Virus record (IMG/VR): IMGVR_UViG_3300045988_108174
Reading direction: 5' to 3' (one strand)
Origin: a virus
Length of the DNA stretch: 64,000 nucleotides
Below are positions 47,451 through 58,693 of the stretch, one piece after another. Position numbers and translations under genes: made by a program. A model generated the notes under the pieces. That model had not been told where the DNA came from. It ran no database searches and worked only from the letters and a program-made list of their open reading frames with translations. Each line of letters begins with the position of its first letter. Within the stretch, counting starts at the first letter, position 1.

Positions 47451-47473
47451 ATTAGCCTCCTCTCTTAATAAAA

Positions 47474-48481
47474 TCAGACAGCAGCGTTGTTATTGCAACA
47501 TCCGTTGTTACATCCACATCCGTTATTGCAGTAACCTCCTCCGAATACCTGTCCCCAAGAATAAGCCTGGTAAGGAGAACAAGAGGGGTAGGCTGGGACG
47601 GCCGTCGGGCGTAATTGACCAACGATATTCTGGGTTTGTTGCTGAGATAATGCCGAAGCTGTCAAAGCCGCTTTTTCTTCACGAAGTTGAGCAATAGTGT
47701 TCTGCATCTCCCTCATTTCCAACTGACAGAATTTGTCGTTGATCATAACGGTTTGAGCGTCAAGTTTCGCAGACAAGATATTGAATTGGCTTGTAGCTTG
47801 CTCACGATTGTTAGCCAGACCTTGGTTGAGACCGTTCTGCAAGATATTGGTTTGTTCCAACGTGCGAAGCTGGTTATCAAAACCTTGCTGAGTAATCATT
47901 CCCTGAGTCTGGCAAGTGCTTTGATTGATCAACGAACTCAGATTGCAGCAGCAAGAGCTGATTTGATTTCCTATTTCACAACCTTGTTGTTGAACTGCGT
48001 TGATAACAGCCTGAGAAGTCATACCTACCTGACCAGCTACTTTATCAATAGCACCCTGTACGTTGCAGATAGCGTTCTGAAGTTGAGTAGTAGAACAGTT
48101 CAAAGCAGAAGCGATCTGATCTATAGCGCTACGATTACCTTGAATTGCCTGCATCAGAAGCTCACGACCGTAATCGTTATTCAACTGAGCGGGTAAACCA
48201 TTGGCGCAACAATCACCACCATTTCCAAAACCGTTACCGAAGCCGCGTCCACCCCACAGCCAGAACAAAACAATTATCCAGAGCCACCAACCGTTAGCCC
48301 CACCGAAACCGTCCTGGTTATTACGACCGTTCATCAAAGCCGCCACCAGATTCGGATCCATTTTATTACCACCTATCAAATTAGCAAACATGCCGGGAAT
48401 CATTGAAAGAAGACCGTTAGTGGCTGCACCACCACCGTTAGCCCCGGCTCCATCTAAAAGGACGATTTTATCACCACCCAT
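47474..48481 (-). CDS. N/Q/G/C-rich protein with W-rich TM helix and C-terminal CNNGCGCNNGCCNNN tail (ORF track extends to 48538)
   Basis: Start MGGDKIV; WWLWIIVLFWLW helix; Q/N-rich coiled region. Confidence 0.6.
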   Translation of the reverse strand: MGGDKIVLLDGAGANGGGAATNGLLSMIPGMFANLIGGNKMDPNLVAALMNGRNNQDGFGGANGWWLWIIVLFWLWGGRGFGNGFGNGGDCCANGLPAQLNNDYGRELLMQAIQGNRSAIDQIASALNCSTTQLQNAICNVQGAIDKVAGQVGMTSQAVINAVQQQGCEIGNQISSCCCNLSSLINQSTCQTQGMITQQGFDNQLRTLEQTNILQNGLNQGLANNREQATSQFNILSAKLDAQTVMINDKFCQLEMREMQNTIAQLREEKAALTASALSQQQTQNIVGQLRPTAVPAYPSCSPYQAYSWGQVFGGGYCNNGCGCNNGCCNNNAAV

Positions 48482-48538
48482 AATTTTATAGTATTTAATT
48501 GTTAAACATACGTGCATGAAGCACGTAACAAAGATCAT

Positions 48539-49233
48539 GATTGCAGGGTGGAATACAGGTGTGTTTGTTTCCTATAGAAGAGAAGTATTTTCAGCAAAAA
48601 CGGAAGTATAATACACAATAATTAATTTTCCCCCATTTAAGGGGAAAACCTGATAATCATAAACTTTTGCCTTTCCCATTTTGGGTAAAGCACTGTAAAA
48701 CAAACCAGGGCCCGCATCACTGCGAACCCTGATCTACACTAATCTAAACTAATACCATGAAAAACTTAAATCTAAAAACTAAAGAACACACAAATGTATG
48801 AAAATGTATGGTTTTCACAAAGAATCTGTATCCTGTTCTTTCGTGTGATTCAAGACATGGGATATAGTTCTGATACTTAATCCGGTTTGATTTCGTATCA
48901 GATTATAAATATAGGATTTTGAAACTACAGTTCTTAATTGACCTAAAATTCATAATGTTTTTATACATAAGATGAATGCTGTTATTACGTTTGATGGTAC
49001 TGATTCTCATTTCCTACCGTTATTAGTTACGTTCTGTTCTTACCTTCCTTTTTTTCTATAATCCCTTCCTGAAACTAATATTGCAAACTTAATAAAAATA
49101 ATCCAAAAACAACGAAAGTCTGACTTTTCTTGTATGTTGCTGATATATGTGCATATATAAGAAAAGTGAGACTTTCACAAGCCTCACTCCCCAAATTATA
49201 ACTATGAAAAAACTATATATATGTACACAAAAA
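48539..49233. other. About 700-bp ORF-less AT-rich region inside the late block with several hairpins
   Basis: No 60-aa ORF on the - strand; includes hairpins ttttcccc/ggggaaaa and caggg...ccctg. Confidence 0.4.
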
Positions 49234-51492
49234 TTACCTACATTCCAATTTATTAAGATCATCCAATTCAGGCTTGCTTACGGTCATGTCTTGCGTCAAG
49301 CCAGATCTGTTTTGGTATGGAGCGTAATCGGTTTCTACCGTCTTAGCCTTCTGAGTAGAATCGTATTTCACCTCTGATTCGGTTCCTGTCAGATTTTGGT
49401 AGATAGAGCCGGAACTACTCTCGCTTACTTTAGACCATATCTTATTACCTACTCTTATAAAATTATCATAAATACCTTCGGCTGTTATAACACCATCTTG
49501 CTCTACGATATTAGGGCCCGATTTTTCTTTTAACAAATACGGGTGCCTGGTGTAAAAATAGTGTTCAAAATCATTCCCGGCATACAAAGGGTCATACTTC
49601 TCCAAATAAAACAATTCTGATAAAGAAGGGTCGGTACTGGTCATGCTATAATCAAACAACATCAACCTGTCTTTTCCAGATAAAGATAATTCTATTGATT
49701 TCAAAATATCAGGATCATCAGAAATAAGGCCCAAAGATGGACCAGGTTTGAAGTCAAGATACTTATAGGCATTATCATATAATTTTGTTTTATGGAGTTT
49801 GTTGTCAAGGTAAGATTGGTATAAATCGAATAAGGATAATGGGTTTTCGCTATCTTGTTTTTTGTTCATGTATCGACTATACTCCCGATCCACATCCACG
49901 TAAGGAACGTCAAGTACCGCCGGGTGTCCAAACGCCATCCTGGTCATTATCATGTCCTCCGTGTTCTGAGAATCCATGAACGATCTGACGTATTTTTTAA
50001 TGGAAGCCATGAGCGTATTATTATCTACGTTCCGTACTTTCTCTTTATCCAAAACGCCGTTCTTAAAACAAGATTCAGGATATATTTTAGTAGAAAAATG
50101 AGTTAGGTTGTGCTTGGCTAACACTGTTGATATTTGATACATCTCGTTAATATCATCTTTGCTGATCCTTTGATATAGATTATCTCCTACCTTAAGCAAT
50201 GAATGTTTCTCAAACGCTTCTACTGGGTCTATATTGGATTCAGAATAAACGATATTCAAATTATCCATATACTCCGGCAATAATTCAGAATAATAATCTG
50301 TGCTATCACCAAGAACATCATCTATAGAAGATGCCAGCGTTGGAGCATAATTTACATCATTATGCCTGGCCACATAAATATCAAGATCCAGCATCAAATT
50401 ATCTATCTTATTCAAAGATTCTTCTGTGCCATCATAAGTTTCCGATGTCCCTATTATATCTATGCCAAACCACGTACAAGCCTCTTCTATATCCCATATC
50501 ATGCTTCTTAAATCGGATTCGGTGTCGGCATTAGCCCTATGTAAATAAGCTGATATACGAGCTCTTAGGAACTCTATTTTGCCAGGATTGTAATAAGACA
50601 GATCTTGTAACTTAGACAAGGATCTTCTCTTGCCTTCTACCACATCATCCCCTTCTATGTTTATTACCGGAATCTTATTCGTAGATGAGAACTCATCAAA
50701 CATAGATTCGGCAAATTCTTTATCAGAAACGAATTTCTCAACCAGTTCAGGATAGGAATTTCTCAACGATTCAAAAGCAGATGAAAATTCAGAAAAGTTT
50801 TTTATGCCGGCTACTGTTTTACGCATAGCATAATAAAGCTCAGAAGGATTATATGGTACCTTTTTACCAAATTGGTTAAACACTCCCTCCTTGTAAACAA
50901 TAGGACCATACTGATAGTCAATAGACATAAAATAATTATCTTTTTCCCTATCATGTTCGTTAATAGAAGAATCTATTAACTTTCTCATGGAAGTCAAAAC
51001 CTCGTTTAAAACAGAAGGATCGGATAAAATACGACTTATCTCTGTTTCATCATACAAACCGGATCTCCTTAATTTCTGCTCATTCAGTATCAAACTGCCA
51101 TCTACATAAAAATCGAAGAGAATAGCATTAGACAATGAAGACGCATTGAAAAAATAATGAGTAGACAAAAGGAAATCCCTTACATCCTTAATGTCCTGAG
51201 CCGTTAAAGGATCAGCAAAATAAGTCTGACGCTTCATATACGACAGCACGTCTTCTAAAAGAGGTTCACCATTGGGATCGGTATTAAACATCTCCCCTGG
51301 AGCCGGGTTATTCCAATGACCGTAATACGACAAAAAACCAGGAGTGTAAGCCTTAGCCCATACCTGAAGAGCCCGCTCGCTGTTTCCTAATACTTTTAAA
51401 GCACTTTCGTAAAGAACGGAAGGCTCCCCGTTAGGAGCCTTAACCCGTTTTATTTCATTTTCCTTTTTTTCTATCTGACATTTGACACCCAT
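49234..51492 (-). CDS. Large 752-aa virion-type protein of unknown function
   Basis: Long ORF. Confidence 0.8.
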   Translation of the reverse strand: MGVKCQIEKKENEIKRVKAPNGEPSVLYESALKVLGNSERALQVWAKAYTPGFLSYYGHWNNPAPGEMFNTDPNGEPLLEDVLSYMKRQTYFADPLTAQDIKDVRDFLLSTHYFFNASSLSNAILFDFYVDGSLILNEQKLRRSGLYDETEISRILSDPSVLNEVLTSMRKLIDSSINEHDREKDNYFMSIDYQYGPIVYKEGVFNQFGKKVPYNPSELYYAMRKTVAGIKNFSEFSSAFESLRNSYPELVEKFVSDKEFAESMFDEFSSTNKIPVINIEGDDVVEGKRRSLSKLQDLSYYNPGKIEFLRARISAYLHRANADTESDLRSMIWDIEEACTWFGIDIIGTSETYDGTEESLNKIDNLMLDLDIYVARHNDVNYAPTLASSIDDVLGDSTDYYSELLPEYMDNLNIVYSESNIDPVEAFEKHSLLKVGDNLYQRISKDDINEMYQISTVLAKHNLTHFSTKIYPESCFKNGVLDKEKVRNVDNNTLMASIKKYVRSFMDSQNTEDMIMTRMAFGHPAVLDVPYVDVDREYSRYMNKKQDSENPLSLFDLYQSYLDNKLHKTKLYDNAYKYLDFKPGPSLGLISDDPDILKSIELSLSGKDRLMLFDYSMTSTDPSLSELFYLEKYDPLYAGNDFEHYFYTRHPYLLKEKSGPNIVEQDGVITAEGIYDNFIRVGNKIWSKVSESSSGSIYQNLTGTESEVKYDSTQKAKTVETDYAPYQNRSGLTQDMTVSKPELDDLNKLECR

Positions 51493-51518
51493 TGTAATTA
51501 ACTTTTTTGCAAAGTTAA

Positions 51519-52058
51519 TTATAAAACCGACTTATACAATGACGGATCCCAAATTCCTTCTATATAAATCTCCGGAAAACTCAAACTGCCATCACGAAAA
51601 GTGGTGACTTCCAAGCTGGGAATGTTGAAAACAGTACTGGTATCACCAAACTCACCATTCAACTTGATAGCATTTCCGCTGTTATTAGCCTCATAATAAA
51701 AATAACAATAATTTTCATTAATGCTTGGATCATATTCGTACCAATATGTTAGATCTTGTATATGATCTTCTATGTTACCAATTTTGTTTTCACCTAATAT
51801 AAAAATACCATTATTGCTATGATTATAAACCATAGATTCATAACCACCATAATTCCAATCACTATTAAACATTATGTAACTAACATCAGAATCATGATCT
51901 TTTAATACAGGCCCTATATGTATATGAATTTTATTAAACTGACATACATAAGGTCTTTTTCCTCCAAGCCTTTTTATATCTTCATTGGATAACTTATTAT
52001 AACATCCTCCCACGAAATTATCCGCAGCATTAAAAAATCTCCTTCTCATACTCAACAC
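51519..52058 (-). CDS. Hypothetical protein (179 aa)
   Basis: Stop/start overlap with the 2213-aa gene. Confidence 0.6.
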   Translation of the reverse strand: MLSMRRRFFNAADNFVGGCYNKLSNEDIKRLGGKRPYVCQFNKIHIHIGPVLKDHDSDVSYIMFNSDWNYGGYESMVYNHSNNGIFILGENKIGNIEDHIQDLTYWYEYDPSINENYCYFYYEANNSGNAIKLNGEFGDTSTVFNIPSLEVTTFRDGSLSFPEIYIEGIWDPSLYKSVL

Positions 52059-55000
52059 TCCTTGTTTAACTCATTTATCGAATCCGAATTATCAGAACCT
52101 TCTACAAGATTCTTATTCCTATCTATCTCTTCCTGGCTCATGTTACTCATCATATTTTGTATTTTTCTACCAGATTGAGATAAAGAACGGATGAATGCAC
52201 TGGAACTTATCTTAACTCCAAGATCCGGTTTTGCCCTAAACGCTTCACCGGTACTGATATTATACAAATCATACACACCTGAGTTCATATAGAATTTATA
52301 TATCCAGTTTCCACCAGCTTTTTTGTACCCTAATTTGGTTAGCTCGACTACACTCATACCAAATTTAATGCCATTACGACCCATTATCTTCTCCGGTATA
52401 GGTTCTACCTTAGCCGGAACAGATGTATATGCTTCATCACCGCCGTACAGGAAATAAGGGGTTGTCACCCTTGATATGTGAGTAAGCGGCTCTTCGGATA
52501 TACGAGGTTCGTTTTTTGCAGTCTTAGATTCTTTCCTTGGATTGGATATCCTAATAAAAGGATCGTATGTTAAAAAGGTTAAGCCGTATTCTACTTTATA
52601 ACCTGATACGCCGTTAAGGTCCCTTATAGCCTTAGTCGTATGCGAGTGGTTGATGGTGTCTATCCCGTACCTTGATTCCATATCGGTCATAATGCTATTA
52701 ACCTCATCTCCCTCTACATAAACCTCTTCTCCTTCCGGAATAGAGGTTATGCCGGAAGCCCTTCTAAGTAGCCATAAAGTAACTTCAGCAATGTCAGAGA
52801 ACTTATCTCCGTTCTTTCTATAGTTATCTACTCTTCCTTCTTGAGATCCAGGTAATTCGACATTTCCTTTAACTTCGACATTTGTTCTGGATTGTCCTTT
52901 GCCTTCTCCATCTCCCTTTTTATCGCCATCTTCCTCAGTGCGTACTGCACCGCCTTCTGCACTTCCTTCTTTTCCATTATTTAAAATATTATCTGATTCT
53001 GACTCTATAGACTCCACAACAGCATCATACTCTGGAATGCCACTAAGGAAATCTGCTACGTTATTCAAAAACTCTATTTTTTCCTCGTTTGTTATATCGA
53101 GGCTTTCCATAGGTTCCCATATGGCAGGCAAGTTATTTGATTCTATTGCAGTAGAAACATCTTCTACAGTTTGATTATCTACCGTAGGCAAAACTTCAGA
53201 AACCAAACTATTGATGTCAGATTCCATTTTTTCTACTTCCTCTTTTGTGCCATATTCTTTTAGGGTATCCATACCATTGACTCTAAGAGAATAATTCAAA
53301 GCCTTGCTTGGAACAAAATTAATATATTTCAAAAAGTTTTTCAACTCTGATATAATTTGTTCGTCAGATCTTGGCCCAACATAATCAACCACCACCTGAT
53401 CTGTTTGAGAACGAAGCCAAGAAACGTATTCTTCTAAAGTCTTACCACCTTTACTGGAAGGAGTGGATATTTTATCACCTACTGTTCCTTTAGGTTCTAA
53501 TCCCATTTCCTCCTTAAGGCTTTTAGGATTACCTCTCTCACGAAGAAACCTCAAATCACCTCCTACAATCTTCCTTGCTATAAAATCAAAAATATTAGCA
53601 TAAGACGGCAATCCTTCTTTTTCTATATGAGATTCTATTTCGTTTAACATAAGAGAGAAGTTTTTCCTGGAGGTACGCTTCTTGCCAGGTAAAGACTGTG
53701 CAGCTTGTGCCGCAGGAGCCGGCTGAGCTAATGGCGCCGGCTGAGTCCCCCGGACAGTCCCTTCCTCTGGCATTTCCTCTTCATAAACATCCACGTCTTC
53801 TTTAGAAGTAACGGTCTTACCCTCATCAGAGAAAGGAAGATCATCCTCTATAAGCGACTTAGGGCTGGAAGATGATTTACCAAACTGAATCCTGATCTTA
53901 GGAGCGACAAACATCTCACCTTCGAAATCTATTCCAGATTCTACTTCAGACGTCACAATGTCTTTCACGCTCCTACTTCCATCTTCTACCCACTTAACAA
54001 CATCAGGAACTGTAGATAATTTTTCTATAGCCTCACGAGCTTTTCTAAGCCCTGAAATAGGATTCAAATACGATACTTGATACGAAGCCGGATCAAGACC
54101 TAACTTGGTTAGATACGCATTAAGATCTTGTATATCATCTTGACCCATCTGTAGCAATTCAGAATCACCGGATTCAAGCAGCATATCTATAAAAGACATC
54201 CATTTCTGCCCTTCCTCTGATTCCACAGAACGTAGGCTAACTGGGAAAAGATAATTAAGACCGTTTTTACCTTTGATGACAACTACCGGAACTCTTACAT
54301 TTTTGTAATTATTCCCCTTGTCATTTAATATAGAATAAGCAAATGGGAAGCCTGTGTATTTAGATCCGTTCTTAAGCACGACTTTACCATTTAATACATA
54401 TCCGACATCAGATACTTTTTCAGCACCTTTTTCGGTAATAGGGAGATTTTCTACCTGGCCATATCCTTGACCGTTCACCTTCATGTTAAACACCGGTCTT
54501 CCGGGAAGGGTCTGGGCAACAACATGCGTGCCGACGCCGATGGTAGCCGACCGGCCGGCGTCCTTCTTCCACTTGTTAAAAGCCGTTCTTCTTATTTTAC
54601 TTATACCATCTATGCCTCCTGTATCAGCTTTTACAACAGAAACGAATCTGTTCCCACTCATGACCTTGATAACCATATTGGATACCAGTTTATTCTCAGC
54701 AGATTCTATTCTTTTTTTATCGCCGGACTGAACAGCGTCATTGTATTCGGCAAAAAGAGACTGATTATAGGTATCATTTACATCTATTTCGAGATTAACC
54801 TTATCTCCTTTTTTCAAAGAAGATAATGCTTCCTGATCTATTTTATCTACCTCATTCTCTCCGAATCCGACACCTGTTCTGTACGGAACCAATTCATCTG
54901 AATCAAGACGCTTATAAACCAAAGAATAGGAATTACCCACGTCCTGAATAGACACGTCTGTGTAACGGTTAAGAACACGAGCCGATTCTTTGTCTATAGA

Positions 55001-58000
55001 CCATCTCGCATGATAAGGCAATTCAATTATAGTAGCCGTTTCTCCACCTATATTAAGAGAATACCTTTTAGTGCCATTAGCGTTCGTTTCAGAGCTTATT
55101 TGAATAGGAACCAATGATTTTATAGAAGATATAAATTTATCGGCTCTAAGACCTGCAATTTCATACCTTTCGTTGCCATCGTTGGATATTCTTCTAACCA
55201 TCAACGTCTCTGGATTCTGGGCGCTATCTATGTTAGCTCCAGGCGTATTATCGGATTCATCTAACTCATTTACAAGAGAATCTATATTGGTATCATCCTC
55301 CCCAAAATTACTTAACGTAGATTCGGAAATACGACCTTTATCAATAATCCTGTTTTGTTCGATATAAGGAAGGAGATCTGTGATGTTTCCAACCTGGCCA
55401 AGATCTTCTATGGTAAATACCGAATCGGCAAGCTTATCTTCGTCAACCTTCTCCCCTTTATCCCGTCTGTTCATTATATCAACATACGAAGAAATAGCAT
55501 CATCAAGTTCCTTCCTTTGATCTGGTTCTAAATTGGATTTAGCCATATCAATAATAGCTTTATTATCCTCATACACAGATCTCGGACTTGTAAGCCTATC
55601 AGCCTTCTCAGATAATGATTTTATGAGATTAACAGGACTGTCACCCAAAGATGATACATAATCATCAAAATCTTGTTTGTATTTATCATACACATCTTTT
55701 TCTCTCGCAGTAAGAAGATCGGCATTGCCTGTATATAGTTTATCAATTATAGACTGCCTTACGGCCGGAACCATAATAGGATTATCCATAGCAGCCTCAT
55801 AATCTTCATCCGATACAGACTCCGTAAGCGGTGACTCTTTTATATCATCTTCTGCTTCCTTCATCCTATCTTCCCTTACTTTATCAAGAGCATGCATAAA
55901 AGCCTTGATAGTCCAAGCTTCGTCTTCCGAAATCTTACCTTCTGACACAGCTTGATCTACTACCTCATCAGTATCATATTCACCAACTTTATTAGGCTCT
56001 GCAAAATCAGGAACCTTATCATCCCCCTTATAAGGAGTAGACCATAGAGAAGACAGCGCTTTTGAAAATCCCCTGTTTTCCTCAGCTAAGAATCTTTTAT
56101 CAAGCATCTTGGACAAGAAGTTATTCATATTCCTATAGCCCATCAAACTCCTTCGGTATTCATTTACCAAGGATCTCATGGCTTTGTCTTTGGCTGTAAA
56201 CTTCTTTTCCTGTCTTGATTTTACATTAAAATAATCATCAAAAGCCACAAGCGTATCATAGGCTTCTATCACATCTTGTGAACTTATGGGAGAAAGAGGA
56301 GATGATAAAACAGATTCGGTTTTACTTACCAACTCTTCTATCGAAAACTCTTTTCCTATTAACGTTGATAACTCAGACAACGAATTGTTGTAATTGGTTC
56401 TAAGACTTTCCAATTCTTTGGTTTTTCGTTGTATGTATTCAGCTTGTGGATCTTTCCCTTCTACGTTACGAGGGCGGGTAGCAAGATCTTCTATTTCGGA
56501 TTCAAGTTCTTCTATTCTTGACCGTATGCCACGGATAGCCATCGCCCGCTCCCTTGCCCTGTCCGACAGCCGGGAGAACGTACTTAGCGCATCTGCCACG
56601 CGAGGCTGTCCTGAAAGCGTTTCTATGACAGAAGCTATGTCTTTCATTCTTGATTCTGATTGAAGACCAAGGAAGGCATTACGAGCCACGTATTTTCTAA
56701 ATTCAATCTTAGAGTCATCACCTATAAGATCTTCAGCAAAACTCTGGGCAGATCTGAAATCAGAAAGACGATTGTTATAATTATCAATAATAGAATCCTT
56801 GTATTTCTTTGCCTCTTCCAAAGACATTCCATTAGCTTCGGCTATTTCCGAAATAGGCATCATATCAATCATCTGCCGGAAATTTTCAGCCGAATCCTCT
56901 AAGGTTCCCATTTGGTTGTCAATAGACATCTTTTCAAACATAGCATCATCAAGCTCCTTACCAGTCATAGACTGGGCATCGGAACGAACTTGAGGCCCTA
57001 AACTCATTGATTTTTTCAACGTATTCAAAGCCGCCGTGTTAAGATTAGAAGATGCTTTGTTATATTCATTCACTTGCCTTTCCAGCAAGATCTGACTATT
57101 GCTATACTCTTTCACCCCAAAGAAGCCTTCCCTCATACCAAACAAAGAACCGATAATAGCACCGATTCCTATTTCAGTCCATCCTTCTTTAGACGTATAT
57201 TGCTTTTTAAATCCTTCAGAAATAGCATCAAGAACATCAACGGCTCCGTTCATGGCTACATTATCATATCTTGACTTAACATATTCCTCAGCCGTATTCT
57301 GAACAGCACCTTGAGATCCTTCTTCCCATAAGCCTTCGGATACAGGTCTTTTCATGATATTGAAAACATTGCCTGCTATCTTCTGTCCTATATTAGGATT
57401 GGTTATTTTAATAGCCATCTCTCCCGGCTTCGCAACTTCCGTCCCTAATCCAAATAAATGCTTGTTGAGCCTCTTTTCCAACCCAGGTATAGCCTTTCCT
57501 CCTAACCCTATATACTTACCAAAAAGAAGCCAGTTAGATAATCCTAGTATACCCATATTGGCGGCAAATATAGCACTACCTACATCAGCATTAGAATTAC
57601 GAAAAACAGCCATTTCCTCTGCATTGGGATCACGACCATAAATCTTACGATAATAATCCTTGAAATCAGACTCGGATTGCTTCATAAAAGAATTTGCTTC
57701 AACCGATGACTCGAATCCGGCACTGGTAGCCAACAACGTCATGGTCTTAGCCGCCTCCCCTACATTTCTTCCGGTAGCAACTCCTTTTCTTACATAGTCG
57801 TTAAACACACCTTTAAGGCTTCCTATGCCCCTATTGGCAGCTTGCCTTGCTGCTAACTTAGCTCCGATTCTTCCACCTAATTTAGCACCTATATTGCCCA
57901 ATGATCCAACTCCAAGTCCTCCGGTCATGTACGCTGATATCATGGCTCCTACGGTAAAAGACATACCATTACCAAGGACATCATTCCATAAGAAATTACC

Positions 58001-58693
58001 GGTATCCTTAAAAAGCTTCTGACCAAAATTATAATCTTCTACCTCTTTCTTGTAATAATGAGGAAGAAGCATGTCTATTTGCTGGTCAAGATCACCTACA
58101 AACTTATCCATGTTAGTGTTTAACGCAGCTTTATAACTTCCCTCAGATGCCATATTGATAAGTTTGTCAGGCAATGACACAACTCCTTGTGCACCGTACA
58201 ATGCAGACTTTAAAGCGAATTTGCCTACACCATTCCAAAACTTACTCCATCCGCCCTGTCTCCTGGCATAATAATCCTCATTGTTTATACCCGGAATATA
58301 GTTGGGATATTTTGTACGCCATACCCCATCATTACCCATCTGATGACTTTCACGGATACTTGCCTTTGGTCCATAGGGATTAAGAGGCGGCGGGGCAGGT
58401 GTAGCCCCCCTGTAGCTGTTACGAGCCAGTGCCTCCGAGTAGCTGTTGCTTATCTCCTTGGCTATATACGGTTCTTCGTATTCGGCAGCAGCTATCCTTG
58501 ATGCGTAATCCGGAAATTTAGGTTGGGCATACACACCTTCACCAGGCATATAATTAGGAACCAGAGGCGTTGTCGTCTCTGGTAGTGTAGCCGGAGTATA
58601 ATTCTCTTCTTCGGCTAATTTTCTTTGCCTTGCCACATCTTCGTAAGTGGTTTTAGCAGCAGGATTATATCTATCTATATTATTGTCAGCCAT
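52052..58693 (-). CDS. Giant 2213-aa virion-type protein with Gly-zipper-like region and Pro/Ala-rich linker
   Basis: GNGMSFTVGAMISAYMTGGLGVGSLGNIGAKLGGRIGAKLAARQ; PAPLAQPAPAAQAAQ. Confidence 0.85.
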   Translation of the reverse strand: MADNNIDRYNPAAKTTYEDVARQRKLAEEENYTPATLPETTTPLVPNYMPGEGVYAQPKFPDYASRIAAAEYEEPYIAKEISNSYSEALARNSYRGATPAPPPLNPYGPKASIRESHQMGNDGVWRTKYPNYIPGINNEDYYARRQGGWSKFWNGVGKFALKSALYGAQGVVSLPDKLINMASEGSYKAALNTNMDKFVGDLDQQIDMLLPHYYKKEVEDYNFGQKLFKDTGNFLWNDVLGNGMSFTVGAMISAYMTGGLGVGSLGNIGAKLGGRIGAKLAARQAANRGIGSLKGVFNDYVRKGVATGRNVGEAAKTMTLLATSAGFESSVEANSFMKQSESDFKDYYRKIYGRDPNAEEMAVFRNSNADVGSAIFAANMGILGLSNWLLFGKYIGLGGKAIPGLEKRLNKHLFGLGTEVAKPGEMAIKITNPNIGQKIAGNVFNIMKRPVSEGLWEEGSQGAVQNTAEEYVKSRYDNVAMNGAVDVLDAISEGFKKQYTSKEGWTEIGIGAIIGSLFGMREGFFGVKEYSNSQILLERQVNEYNKASSNLNTAALNTLKKSMSLGPQVRSDAQSMTGKELDDAMFEKMSIDNQMGTLEDSAENFRQMIDMMPISEIAEANGMSLEEAKKYKDSIIDNYNNRLSDFRSAQSFAEDLIGDDSKIEFRKYVARNAFLGLQSESRMKDIASVIETLSGQPRVADALSTFSRLSDRARERAMAIRGIRSRIEELESEIEDLATRPRNVEGKDPQAEYIQRKTKELESLRTNYNNSLSELSTLIGKEFSIEELVSKTESVLSSPLSPISSQDVIEAYDTLVAFDDYFNVKSRQEKKFTAKDKAMRSLVNEYRRSLMGYRNMNNFLSKMLDKRFLAEENRGFSKALSSLWSTPYKGDDKVPDFAEPNKVGEYDTDEVVDQAVSEGKISEDEAWTIKAFMHALDKVREDRMKEAEDDIKESPLTESVSDEDYEAAMDNPIMVPAVRQSIIDKLYTGNADLLTAREKDVYDKYKQDFDDYVSSLGDSPVNLIKSLSEKADRLTSPRSVYEDNKAIIDMAKSNLEPDQRKELDDAISSYVDIMNRRDKGEKVDEDKLADSVFTIEDLGQVGNITDLLPYIEQNRIIDKGRISESTLSNFGEDDTNIDSLVNELDESDNTPGANIDSAQNPETLMVRRISNDGNERYEIAGLRADKFISSIKSLVPIQISSETNANGTKRYSLNIGGETATIIELPYHARWSIDKESARVLNRYTDVSIQDVGNSYSLVYKRLDSDELVPYRTGVGFGENEVDKIDQEALSSLKKGDKVNLEIDVNDTYNQSLFAEYNDAVQSGDKKRIESAENKLVSNMVIKVMSGNRFVSVVKADTGGIDGISKIRRTAFNKWKKDAGRSATIGVGTHVVAQTLPGRPVFNMKVNGQGYGQVENLPITEKGAEKVSDVGYVLNGKVVLKNGSKYTGFPFAYSILNDKGNNYKNVRVPVVVIKGKNGLNYLFPVSLRSVESEEGQKWMSFIDMLLESGDSELLQMGQDDIQDLNAYLTKLGLDPASYQVSYLNPISGLRKAREAIEKLSTVPDVVKWVEDGSRSVKDIVTSEVESGIDFEGEMFVAPKIRIQFGKSSSSPKSLIEDDLPFSDEGKTVTSKEDVDVYEEEMPEEGTVRGTQPAPLAQPAPAAQAAQSLPGKKRTSRKNFSLMLNEIESHIEKEGLPSYANIFDFIARKIVGGDLRFLRERGNPKSLKEEMGLEPKGTVGDKISTPSSKGGKTLEEYVSWLRSQTDQVVVDYVGPRSDEQIISELKNFLKYINFVPSKALNYSLRVNGMDTLKEYGTKEEVEKMESDINSLVSEVLPTVDNQTVEDVSTAIESNNLPAIWEPMESLDITNEEKIEFLNNVADFLSGIPEYDAVVESIESESDNILNNGKEGSAEGGAVRTEEDGDKKGDGEGKGQSRTNVEVKGNVELPGSQEGRVDNYRKNGDKFSDIAEVTLWLLRRASGITSIPEGEEVYVEGDEVNSIMTDMESRYGIDTINHSHTTKAIRDLNGVSGYKVEYGLTFLTYDPFIRISNPRKESKTAKNEPRISEEPLTHISRVTTPYFLYGGDEAYTSVPAKVEPIPEKIMGRNGIKFGMSVVELTKLGYKKAGGNWIYKFYMNSGVYDLYNISTGEAFRAKPDLGVKISSSAFIRSLSQSGRKIQNMMSNMSQEEIDRNKNLVEGSDNSDSINELNKEC

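Noticed and set aside
47122-48491. Plus-strand ORFs 47122..47697, 47687..48196, 48201..48491
   Set aside because: They are antisense to the N/Q/G/C-rich gene and the 137-aa gene. They are frame shadows of low-complexity sequence.
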